In this document: positions 37,339 through 45,318 of the stretch, piece by piece | Position numbering within the stretch: the first letter of the stretch is position 1 | How the letters are laid out: the number at the start of each line of letters is the position of its first letter | Source: a virus | Reading direction: 5' to 3' (one strand) | IMG/VR virus record: IMGVR_UViG_3300033047_000016 | DNA length: 64,000 bases | Notes under the pieces: model-generated | What the model saw: the letters and a program-made list of their open reading frames with translations, nothing else | Databases searched by the model: none | Told to the model about the DNA's origin: nothing | Position numbers and translations under genes: made by a program

Positions 37339-37440
37339 TTGAATAGGCGCGAGCTATGGGGCTTTAGGCCCTGCTGCGGTTACCGTGCGCACGTCACCAA
37401 CAGCCCCGACTGCCTTGACGACAATCCGCACCTCGCATAA

Positions 37441-37516
37441 TGGTAGTCCCGGTAAGATTCGAACCTACGACCTTCCACTAATCAGGTGGACGCTCTTCCA
37501 ACTGAGCTACGGGACC
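37441..37516 (-). tRNA. tRNA-Ile(GAT), second copy
   Basis: CT-GAT-TA loop (U37), CCA. Confidence 0.9.
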
Positions 37517-37686
37517 ATGAGGTCGGGAGCCATGCAACATGTCTCGTCTTTCATCTGGCGCGACCCAGACCGACCGTAATAGTGTGGTGACTTTGCTACG
37601 CTGGCGTCACCGGGCCTCGATAGATTCAAAGCCGATAGGCAGTGAACTCGGTAATTTGGAGCAATCCTCTGGATCACTCGTGAATC

Positions 37687-37760
37687 TGGAGCGGATACGG
37701 GGTAACGCTCCCCGTTAATTTGATTGGCAACCAAGTGCATTACTTTTATGCTATACCCGC
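37687..37760 (-). tRNA. tRNA-Gly(GCC), atypical D and T loops
   Basis: GCGGGTA acceptor, U73, TT-GCC-AA; T-loop AGCGTTA. Confidence 0.82.
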
Positions 37761-37963
37761 AAATCCACCTTTTACTGCGGGACTTACCCACACCACGTCA
37801 AGCGTGGAGGACGATGGTGTCCTATTGGCCTATTAAGGTGGCCAGCCACACTACCCGCGCCTTCCACGCATGCTACGCTTAGTTACCGGGCAGTTCCTAT
37901 ATTGCTCGCGACCTGTCACCGCAACGCTCGAAGCCTATCTAGGCAACATTACGCAAGCAAAAG

Positions 37964-38037
37964 TGGAGCGGACGGAGAATTTCGAAATCTCGCGCATGGG
38001 TTGGAAACCCACTGCTCTGCCTCTGAGCTACGCCCGC
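37964..38037 (-). tRNA. tRNA-Gly(TCC)
   Basis: TT-TCC-AA loop, U73, CCA. Confidence 0.9.
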
Positions 38038-38068
38038 AAACTCTACGACTTTGTTGTAGCCGCAATCT

Positions 38069-38323
38069 TTATTCAATAACTGGCTCTTCAATGATACACC
38101 AATGGGACGGTATCCATTCAAGCTCCACTTCTTCTGTTTCCATGTCCCAACAACACCCGCGTGCACAGCGGACTTTTATTTCTCTGGTCATTACCATACC
38201 TTCTTCAGTACGGTACCAACGGCCATCCATCAGGATCGCCATCTGTAGTTGTTCATCTTGGGACCACGTCAATATTTCTTCGCCGTGGTTTGGGCGGCGG
38301 CTTTCAACCGCTATCCAGTTCAT
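38069..38323 (-). CDS. DUF551-like hypothetical protein
   Basis: MNWIAVESRRP...PSHW motif. Confidence 0.6.
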   Translation of the reverse strand: MNWIAVESRRPNHGEEILTWSQDEQLQMAILMDGRWYRTEEGMVMTREIKVRCARGCCWDMETEEVELEWIPSHWCIIEEPVIE

Positions 38324-38748
38324 GCTGCTGCCCTCGTGACAGTTTCGTGACAGCTTCCCGACATCTTTGTGACATCTTCGGTGTCGAACCACTCGGTGAC
38401 GGCGTCAGCCGTGATCGTTTTATCGTGATACTTCATCAAGAGCTTGTGCACTCGTCCGATGAGTTTTCCACGTGTGTACGGGTCCAACCGTGTATTTCGT
38501 TCAATGGTGCAATACGCATGCCCTTTAATGAAACTCCGCGCAAGCTGTGTAGCCCGCGATTCCCACCGGACGATTCCGATGCGATGTTCATAAAGGTCTT
38601 GTCGTTTGCGTGCGCACGCTGCACCTTCTTCTGCCTGCTGGTGTTCAGTATACCAATTGGCGGTGCGTTTCAGTTTCAATTCCTCGCGGCGAATGATCTG
38701 TGCTTCTACGGCGAGTGATTTTGCTTTGATCTTAAGTTCGATTGACAT
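38320..38748 (-). CDS. hypothetical phage protein (SD hidden in a hairpin)
   Basis: MSIELKIKAKSLA..HRIGIVRWESRATQLARSFIKG..Y..IE; GGAGG SD. Confidence 0.75.
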   Translation of the reverse strand: MSIELKIKAKSLAVEAQIIRREELKLKRTANWYTEHQQAEEGAACARKRQDLYEHRIGIVRWESRATQLARSFIKGHAYCTIERNTRLDPYTRGKLIGRVHKLLMKYHDKTITADAVTEWFDTEDVTKMSGSCHETVTRAAA

Positions 38749-38755
38749 TTTTATG

Positions 38756-38826
38756 CCTCCATATTTACGTTTCAAATAGTGTGTAATGAAACGTCGCTAT
38801 CATGGAGGTTTTTCGATCTACAACAT
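38756..38826 (-). promoter_or_regulatory. ATG-TTG-TAG leader plus anti-SD hairpin (putative readthrough-sensing switch)
   Basis: AAGGAG-ATG TTG TAG; stems CCTCCATG/TATGGAGG and ACGTTTCA/TGAAACGT. Confidence 0.65.
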
Positions 38827-38862
38827 GGCCTTCTCCTTTTCTTCTGGTCTTGGTTACAAATT

Positions 38863-38936
38863 TGGTGCGCCCGGTGGGAGTTAAACCCACTTAAAACTGT
38901 TTTAGAGGCAGGTGCATTCCCCAATGCTACAGGCGC
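38863..38936 (-). tRNA. amber suppressor-like tRNA (CTA)
   Basis: GCGCCTG/CGGGCGC acceptor, loop CT-CTA-AA, weak anticodon stem, CCA. Confidence 0.75.
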
Positions 38937-38984
38937 TTACTCGTATCAACATACACGTGATTCGCGCAGTGTCAAGGATTATTT

Positions 38985-39056
38985 TGGCACTCGGTGGGAG
39001 AGTCGAACTCCCCAAGCTGGCTTCGTAGACCCGCCACCGGTTCCGCCGGACCAAGT
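38985..39056 (-). tRNA. tRNA-Arg(ACG), non-canonical fold
   Basis: CT-ACG-AA loop, TTCGA, CCA. Confidence 0.8.
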
Positions 39057-39086
39057 ATTGATGCAACCGAAGGTCACACAATTTAT

Positions 39087-39162
39087 TGGTGCTCCTGATA
39101 GGATTCGAACCTACAACCTCCCGGTTCGTAGCCGGGTGCTCATCCAGTTGAGCTTCAGAAGC
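39087..39162 (-). tRNA. tRNA-Arg(ACG)
   Basis: Canonical cloverleaf. Confidence 0.92.
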
Positions 39163-39168
39163 GTTATT

Positions 39169-39423
39169 TCAGATAGTCTTCGACATCAATAATTTCGATG
39201 CCTGCGTCGTGTGAGAGTCCCAATCAACAAAAAAAGAGTCAGGTGCAGGAGGTATCCTATTCAGGTCTCCGTACTCATTGATGTAGAACGCGAACTGAGC
39301 CAGCAAAAGTTTCTTAACCTGTGATACTGTCTCGGCTTGTACACAAATATCATACTCAAGGCACTGGGCAACGAAAATACCTAATTCACTGTTTGTGTAT
39401 ACTATAATCCTGACATGATCCAT
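39169..39423 (-). CDS. HicB-like small protein
   Basis: FVAQCLEYDICVQAET motif. Confidence 0.55.
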   Translation of the reverse strand: MDHVRIIVYTNSELGIFVAQCLEYDICVQAETVSQVKKLLLAQFAFYINEYGDLNRIPPAPDSFFVDWDSHTTQASKLLMSKTI

Positions 39424-39445
39424 GTACTTTCTTTCCGTGTGTACG

Positions 39446-39847
39446 TTATTTCAAAAAGTCTTCGACATCAATAATTTCGATGCCTGCATCGTGCATGATC
39501 TTCATCATACTGGAAGTCCCCCGCCCACCGGGGAACGCCACACATATATCAATCGAGAACATGTCGTGCATGAACTTGTTGCGGGCCATCCCGGCAGCAT
39601 CCCCAAGACCAGTCCAATTGGCTGGTACCTTGATCTGTTGTATGCCGACTTCCTCAGCCCACCTACCGGAGAGCGCGTCAGCGCCCTTGTAAGCCACTGG
39701 GTGCGCCCTGTAGCCCTGCTTGTACGCGCCAGCGTCACCATGTATCACAAGCGTAAACTTGTGCTCTGCGTGGAATTTATTCATCATGAAACGTAGCTCG
39801 CCGTACAGCGCGTATTCGCGTCCGCCGCATACTAAAACTTTCATCAC
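39446..39847 (-). CDS. SLOG family (DUF2493/YspA-like) protein
   Basis: KVLVCGGR..IHGDA..GADAL..PANW..AGMARN..AFPGGRGT..M. Confidence 0.85.
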   Translation of the reverse strand: MMKVLVCGGREYALYGELRFMMNKFHAEHKFTLVIHGDAGAYKQGYRAHPVAYKGADALSGRWAEEVGIQQIKVPANWTGLGDAAGMARNKFMHDMFSIDICVAFPGGRGTSSMMKIMHDAGIEIIDVEDFLK

Positions 39848-39859
39848 AAAATTCCTTAT

Positions 39860-39934
39860 TGGCGCTGGTAACGAGACTCGAACTCGCCTTTTCCGCTAGA
39901 CAGGCGGACCTATTCCCTGATTAGGTATACCAGC
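39860..39934 (-). tRNA. tRNA-Asp(GTC)
   Basis: CT-GTC-TA loop, G73, CCA. Confidence 0.85.
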
Positions 39935-39944
39935 ATTGTCGTTG

Positions 39945-40220
39945 TTAGGAAAGCCCTCGTTCTTTCCAAAAATCGTTTTCATCTTCTTCGGGAATACAGA
40001 ACAGCGAGTAACCTACCGGACCTGTCCACTGATGCCCGTTGTATAGTTGCTCCATCGCTGTAACAATTACGTTCTGGTTTCGCCTAATTTCGTGGGCACG
40101 TAAGATACACGCTGTCTCAGTTCGCGGATGAATGAACTCATCTGACACCCACGTGCATTTCGACATATCTGGCTCACCAGCAATGGCTGCACAGAAAGCA
40201 ATAATAGGGATAAATGGCAT
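39945..40220 (-). CDS. hypothetical protein
   Basis: ORF between tRNAs with a hydrophobic N-terminus. Confidence 0.55.
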   Translation of the reverse strand: MPFIPIIAFCAAIAGEPDMSKCTWVSDEFIHPRTETACILRAHEIRRNQNVIVTAMEQLYNGHQWTGPVGYSLFCIPEEDENDFWKERGLS

Positions 40221-40238
40221 TCAGTGTCTTTTCGTGTT

Positions 40239-40315
40239 TGGTGTGCCGGGTGGGATTTGAACCCACGATCCAAGATTAAGAGTCAAGAGCTTTAGACCAA
40301 CTAAGCTACCGGCGC
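40239..40315 (-). tRNA. tRNA-Lys(CTT)
   Basis: CT-CTT-AA loop, CCA. Confidence 0.88.
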
Positions 40316-40451
40316 ATGTTTAAACAAATTGGGCGAGGTCAGCACAGCTTTCCTCGCCCGAAACCATCGGTAAGCTGACGCGCCAGCTAGATGATGGTAA
40401 ACTTGCGCGGTAGGCCGCGAATTCGATCATGTTTCAAAAGTCGTTTCATAA

Positions 40452-40853
40452 TCATTCTCCCTCTATTGGGACCAGCCAGAAGCCATTCCCAGTTGTGTGC
40501 GGACCAACGATTCTCCATCCGAGGGCCTGCATCTTGTCTTTGTTTATCGTCATTAGAACACGAACGTTTCCAACCGGATCAGAAGGCATCGGTGTCAACA
40601 CATTTGCGTACGCCGCGTTTATAATCTCTTCAAGACTTAGCCCACGGCGCATTCTGCGAGACTCCAACAGTGCCGCAATAATACCAACGTAGCGTCCTGA
40701 CCAATGCCCCATCAACCATTCTGGACTTAGCCTGTATGTTGTTGGCTGTCCACATGTTGGGCAAAATGGTGTTTCTTCTTTTCCGTCCACATCGTCCTCG
40801 AATCTGGTGCAGGGTTTTTGTCCAGAACCCCACGAAACTGCATCGAAACGCAT
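40452..40853 (-). CDS. hypothetical protein, Zn-ribbon plus possible winged helix
   Basis: CPTCGQ motif. Confidence 0.55.
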   Translation of the reverse strand: MRFDAVSWGSGQKPCTRFEDDVDGKEETPFCPTCGQPTTYRLSPEWLMGHWSGRYVGIIAALLESRRMRRGLSLEEIINAAYANVLTPMPSDPVGNVRVLMTINKDKMQALGWRIVGPHTTGNGFWLVPIEGE

Positions 40854-40913
40854 CGTGGCTGAACAACACGACCGCTTTGTGAGACTAATACTTACGTCAA
40901 TCGTTAAATGGTG

Positions 40914-41288
40914 TCAAGTGCTTTCGGTCGTGTGTTGTAATAATTCTGCGTGAATTTCTCTGTGACAGTTTGCACAAACAAGTATACATTTGTCTAGCTC
41001 TTTCTTAACCCGTTTCCACGATCTGGTGTGCCCGTTGTGGCCCGGACCAAATTCTTTTTCATCTGGGTTTATGTGATGAAATTCGAGTGCCCCTACACAT
41101 TTATCATATCCACATTTGCAGCACTTCCCGCCTTTGTATTCAAGGGACATAAGTTTGACTTTTCGCCTTCGCCTTGAAACAGCATCGGAGCGACATTGGA
41201 GGCAGCGCCAGTATCCACGAGATTCCAATACATGCGCATGTTTTCCATGATGCTTACACGTTAGATTCTGTCTCCTGTTTACTGGCAC
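40914..41288 (-). CDS. HNH endonuclease
   Basis: YKGGKCCKCGY..ALEFHH..KCILVCANCHREIH. Confidence 0.9.
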   Translation of the reverse strand: MPVNRRQNLTCKHHGKHAHVLESRGYWRCLQCRSDAVSRRRRKVKLMSLEYKGGKCCKCGYDKCVGALEFHHINPDEKEFGPGHNGHTRSWKRVKKELDKCILVCANCHREIHAELLQHTTEST

Positions 41289-41303
41289 CTACTTATCCTA
41301 TTA

Positions 41304-41380
41304 TGGCTCCACACCTCAGATTCGAACTGAGCACAAACGCATTAACAGTACGCCTTCCCCGCCTAGAGGAACCGTGTGGA
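41304..41380 (-). tRNA. tRNA-Asn(GTT)
   Basis: CT-GTT-AA loop, G73, CCA. Confidence 0.88.
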
Positions 41381-41470
41381 ATATGTCGTTTAGATCATAA
41401 AGCATCATTATGATGATCAGATCATACTTTCTGGTCTCACTCTTGCGCCGCGCGCTGATGAGTATAATTC

Positions 41471-41544
41471 TGGATGCCCGCCGAGGAATCGAACCTCAAT
41501 TTCTAGAGTCAAATTCTAGCGTCCTGCCGTTAGACGACCGGGCA
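41471..41544 (-). tRNA. tRNA-Gln(TTG)
   Basis: U1-A72, AT-TTG-AC loop, CCA. Confidence 0.88.
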
Positions 41545-41684
41545 ATGGTGGGCACGGATGGCTTTCGACACCACCTGCACCACTTTCGGTATACTTTACA
41601 TAGCCATTCCGACAGGCTCTCCTTTGACGCGTGTGTTCACAGCCAGAGCTATATAGTAGCTGCTATTAAGACCACATCAAAACT

Positions 41685-41759
41685 TGGTGGATCGCCGGGG
41701 AATCGAACCCCGACTCCCTGCTTGCAAAGCAGGTGTGCTCCCGTTATCACTAGCGACCC
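41685..41759 (-). tRNA. tRNA-Ala(TGC)
   Basis: G3-U70, TT-TGC-AA loop. Confidence 0.93.
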
Positions 41760-41764
41760 ATATT

Positions 41765-41836
41765 TGGTGGAGCTACGGGGTAACGATCCCCACCATCAAC
41801 ATTGCAAATGTCGAGTCCGTCCCATACGGTAGCCCC
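41765..41836 (-). tRNA. tRNA-Ala(TGC), non-canonical fold
   Basis: GGGGCTA/TAGCTCC with G3-U70, TT-TGC-AA loop, CCA. Confidence 0.82.
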
Positions 41837-41841
41837 AAACT

Positions 41842-41916
41842 TGGTACGCACTACTGGGATCGAACCAGTGACCTCTTCCATGTCATGGAAGCACTCTACC
41901 GCTAAGCTAAGCGCGC
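41842..41916 (-). tRNA. tRNA-Val(GAC)
   Basis: AT-GAC-AT loop, CCA. Confidence 0.92.
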
Positions 41917-41920
41917 ATAT

Positions 41921-41996
41921 TGGTTCTCGATGAAGGAATCGAACCTTCTCTGTCAGGACGTGTAAAGACCCCGCTCTACCAGTGAGCTAATCGAGC
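41921..41996 (-). tRNA. tRNA-Val(TAC)
   Basis: TT-TAC-AC loop, CCA. Confidence 0.88.
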
Positions 41997-41997
41997 A

Positions 41998-42570
41998 TTA
42001 AAGCGTAATGCCGCGTCCGAAGAATTCTGGATACGGCAAGTTCTTGCGTGCGTCCTTATCAAACAGGTACCACGCACAATTGTCTTTGCCAGAAACCCCA
42101 TTCTCTTCCCACGATACGCGTCCAATGGACACTATGGTAAGAAGACGATCACGAATGTACGGCGTCGCTTGCTTGGTGTGTAGCCAATCAGCGTCGAACA
42201 AGAGCCACGTTGGGCACAGGTCAGAGAACCGTTCAATCATCGTGTGTAGGAGATACCCAGACTTCTTTGTCCGGTCCCACGGCGGGTTCGTGATGATGTA
42301 GTCGCAATTGTTGCCAATATCACTTCTTGTAAGAAGCGTGGCATCCAGTTGGTCTATACCATCGTCCTGCGGCTCGATATCGTAGGCCGCAGTCAGCATT
42401 GCATTACTTTCCGTCAGATAGTCGATATGTTCGCACATTCTGAAGTCACCAGCACATGGCTCACAGTACGTGAACGACTCCGGCAGGAAAGGGATTAACG
42501 GTTCCACAGCTACCCGTGGTGTCGGGTAATAGTCGCGTGCTTTGCGTTCAAAGGTTGATCTTTTTGACAT
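41998..42570 (-). CDS. phage N6-adenine DNA methyltransferase
   Basis: DYYPTP, EPCAGD, IITNPPW motifs. Confidence 0.85.
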   Translation of the reverse strand: MSKRSTFERKARDYYPTPRVAVEPLIPFLPESFTYCEPCAGDFRMCEHIDYLTESNAMLTAAYDIEPQDDGIDQLDATLLTRSDIGNNCDYIITNPPWDRTKKSGYLLHTMIERFSDLCPTWLLFDADWLHTKQATPYIRDRLLTIVSIGRVSWEENGVSGKDNCAWYLFDKDARKNLPYPEFFGRGITL

Positions 42571-42601
42571 GACACTGATGTGCCACACAAAAGGGGGTGT
42601 G

Positions 42602-42796
42602 TCAACCGTTAAAAACGATAAAGGCGTCGGTGACTTCGTTTTCTTCGTCAGTTTCAACATTCTTGCGAACTGAGAAGATAGAAATCGGACGGTCGCCAAA
42701 TACGCTCACCCTGACCAGCAGAGAATCGTCTGCATCCATATCGTTCAGGACCGTCTTAAGGTCCCCAAGCGTCATTGCTTCATTAGAAATTGCCAT
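42602..42796 (-). CDS. hypothetical protein
   Basis: AGGAG SD. Confidence 0.55.
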   Translation of the reverse strand: MAISNEAMTLGDLKTVLNDMDADDSLLVRVSVFGDRPISIFSVRKNVETDEENEVTDAFIVFNG

Positions 42797-42808
42797 GGTA
42801 GTCTCCTA

Positions 42809-43783
42809 TTAAGTTCTGGCGCGAACGCCCATCTGAATTCCGGCCAAGTCGGCTGGTAGCCACGTCGCTGCCGTATCAGGGTTTGTAAGGTATTCGTCCA
42901 TATACCATTCACCAAACAACCCAAGGGATATATCTGCCCCATCTTGCGTGGTTCCGCCCTCATACCTGAAGAAGTGGTTCATTGACGCCAAACCTGACGC
43001 CCCTCTTTGTGCGTGTGATTGAATAACTATCCGGTTAATAATGTCTCCACCAGATATGTTATCCAAGTTGCTGAGGCCAAAAGACACCCGCTCGTTAAGA
43101 ACATCTGTTGATACTCCCGTAGCAAGAGAATCATCCACAACACTGGCGACTGTTCCGTCCCACTGCTTAAATACACCAAATGATTGCGGCTTCAATTCAC
43201 GCAGCCTAAAACCACGCGTGTCTTCGTCCGCGACAATTATTTCTGAACCATATACAGTTGGCTCCACTGCGTCTATTGGGTTACTTATTTCCAATGACGT
43301 TGGGTTGGTTTTGCCGAGCGTATTAAGTACCGTTTGCTGGAACTGCAATGCACCGCCAACGTATGCACTAACACGGATATCTGTTGTCCCAGTAACAATT
43401 ATTTCAACGTCTACGGTTATTGGTGTTCCATTGGGAATCAGCGTTCCGCCGGATTCCACCACCGTATCGCCTCTAGCAAAGAAAGACATCAGCGTGTTGT
43501 CTAGCTGCATCTGAAAAATGTCGTTGCTGCCAGCGTCTCTGACCGTTGCTATAGGTTGATCATATAGCGTTTGGTTGACAGCAGCTATATCGACCGTGAC
43601 TACCCAGTGCAGCCACGTCGTAGTTCCGGCTGCGGCATCGAAACCTAATGAAGCGATCTTGCCTGCCGCAAGTTGATATGCTTCGGCAACGCGTGTGTTG
43701 TCGAACTTACTTCCATCGGTGGTCATAACCCCGCCGAACGTGGTTATATCAGCGCGCGATGTTGCTATTCGTAATATTGACAT
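42809..43783 (-). CDS. tail-associated protein, paralogue of 4076..5080
   Basis: Similar length and shared motifs (W.H; IIV.D; NP.T...W...DL.G...GV). Confidence 0.7.
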   Translation of the reverse strand: MSILRIATSRADITTFGGVMTTDGSKFDNTRVAEAYQLAAGKIASLGFDAAAGTTTWLHWVVTVDIAAVNQTLYDQPIATVRDAGSNDIFQMQLDNTLMSFFARGDTVVESGGTLIPNGTPITVDVEIIVTGTTDIRVSAYVGGALQFQQTVLNTLGKTNPTSLEISNPIDAVEPTVYGSEIIVADEDTRGFRLRELKPQSFGVFKQWDGTVASVVDDSLATGVSTDVLNERVSFGLSNLDNISGGDIINRIVIQSHAQRGASGLASMNHFFRYEGGTTQDGADISLGLFGEWYMDEYLTNPDTAATWLPADLAGIQMGVRART

Positions 43784-43792
43784 TATATGATC

Positions 43793-44134
43793 CTATGTTG
43801 TTATAGCATACATCGTAGTCGATGCTGCTGCAATGTTCCCACCACTGGCTCCTGTTCCGCCCATCAATTCGTATACAGAAAATAGTGATGAAGATATTCC
43901 GATGTTTCCGGGTACACCACCTCTTAGAACGAACACTGCCGTATATGGTACGATCACTCTGGGTAAATTTCCGCCACCAGCAACTGCATAAACGTATGTT
44001 CTATTGGTGTATATTCTGTCTGGTGACGTTCCTGCCACCATATACATATTGGTACTTTGCGCAAACACAGCAAAGTCCGGGTCCGTGTTGGACGCTTGGA
44101 CGATATAGTGGTTTAGGTTGAATACTTCAATCAT
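43793..44134 (-). CDS. beta-strand repeat structural protein
   Basis: Repeated ..Y.V.G strands resembling the N-terminus of 3158..4072. Confidence 0.55.
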   Translation of the reverse strand: MIEVFNLNHYIVQASNTDPDFAVFAQSTNMYMVAGTSPDRIYTNRTYVYAVAGGGNLPRVIVPYTAVFVLRGGVPGNIGISSSLFSVYELMGGTGASGGNIAAASTTMYAITT

Positions 44135-44175
44135 TGTGCCGCATCATGCCATATATCGTTATCATTTGCAAGTCA

Positions 44176-44260
44176 TGGTGGGCGGGTGAGGACTCGAACC
44201 TCTCCCTGTTACAGTACGGCTTTACAGGCCGCTCATCGGAACCCCCGATTTTACCCGCCC
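44176..44260 (-). tRNA. tRNA-Tyr(GTA)
   Basis: CT-GTA-AA loop, long variable arm, CCA. Confidence 0.88.
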
Positions 44261-44268
44261 ACGGGTAT

Positions 44269-44343
44269 TGGTACTAGGTAGAGGAATCGAACCTCATCCG
44301 CCCGGATCACGACCGAGAATGCAACCGTTACACCTTACCTAGC
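44269..44343 (-). tRNA. tRNA-His(GTG), alphaproteobacterial type (no G-1, A73)
   Basis: TC-GTG-AT loop; G1-U72, A73. Confidence 0.87.
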
Positions 44344-44355
44344 ATAGTCCGGGCG

Positions 44356-45318
44356 TTAAGCCCGAACAATTCCTTCATACACGTCCTCAACGAAGTCGTC
44401 AATCCATACGCGGTCGGGCGCGGCAGAAAGTGGGGATTTATCCCCTATTGACTCCAGAATCTCAACTTTTTCGTCGAACGTGTCTAATATCTCGTCGATG
44501 TGCACCTCTCCGGCCCTGATTTTCATCAAGAATGGAAGGTTGACGCACGGAAATTCGATGAATCCGTGTTTGAACAACGAAATCCCTTGATCAGCGATGC
44601 GTACAGCGTGGTACATGGCTTTGCAGTCCATGCCACCAGCATCGCGCGCCGCCTTGGCTCTTTTACCTGCTTCGTCTACCGGTTTCTTGTAAATACGGTA
44701 GGCTTCAGCACACTTAACGGTTTCTGGGCACTGTCGCCCATATACATCAAGGTACGGTATGATGCGACCGTCTGGTTGCACCTTATCAACGAATTCTACT
44801 CCGTCGATGTCCTCAAGAGCACTTGCTATATCTGCAACCTTTTTGATCGTGCCATTGCTGTTTGCATACATGGCCAACAAAGCTACAACTGCTTCATACG
44901 TCTCCAAACGCTTGCCGCGCATCGAATATCTAACCGCCTGTCCCTTGCAATATCCAACGAACGCCTTTGAGTTGTTGTTGAGGATTTTGTCTCTATTCTG
45001 CACGATCCTGTCCCAAACCCAATTCTCTAGGATAAGTTGGAGTGGATCGGTTTCGATAAATAGCAGTTCAACCGGAATGGTCTGCATATCTGCTGCCAAT
45101 TGCAGATAACGCTGAAGCTCAAAGCTCTCTACGTCAACATCGTCGGCGTCGTTTCGTGTCTCCTTCGATCCAGTAGACTGGCTCGTGATTAATGTTCTCT
45201 TCCCCAGAAGAATTTGTCTTTTCGTGGGGAGGTGCACTGCTTTGTAGTCGCGATCTGAGTCTGCGGTATTTGTACCGTACAGGCGCGATCCTGCCAAGCA
45301 TCTGAAAATCTCTGTCAT
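44356..45318 (-). CDS. nucleotidyltransferase (Pol-beta superfamily)
   Basis: GSRLYGTNTADSDRD motif; KAMYHAVR..LMKIRAG. Confidence 0.88.
   Translation of the reverse strand: MTEIFRCLAGSRLYGTNTADSDRDYKAVHLPTKRQILLGKRTLITSQSTGSKETRNDADDVDVESFELQRYLQLAADMQTIPVELLFIETDPLQLILENWVWDRIVQNRDKILNNNSKAFVGYCKGQAVRYSMRGKRLETYEAVVALLAMYANSNGTIKKVADIASALEDIDGVEFVDKVQPDGRIIPYLDVYGRQCPETVKCAEAYRIYKKPVDEAGKRAKAARDAGGMDCKAMYHAVRIADQGISLFKHGFIEFPCVNLPFLMKIRAGEVHIDEILDTFDEKVEILESIGDKSPLSAAPDRVWIDDFVEDVYEGIVRA

Noticed and set aside
37658-37679. RNase P RNA 5' end
   Set aside because: Superficial resemblance only. No GAGGAAAGUCC or matching 3' P4 motif was found, and the sequence is a self-contained hairpin.
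38863-38936. Genome-wide TAG recoding or tRNA-Pyl
   Set aside because: Genes are intact under the standard code and several end in TAG (1144, 36166, 43793, 61230, 63284). The tRNA has A73 and a normal linker, and no pyl genes are in the window.
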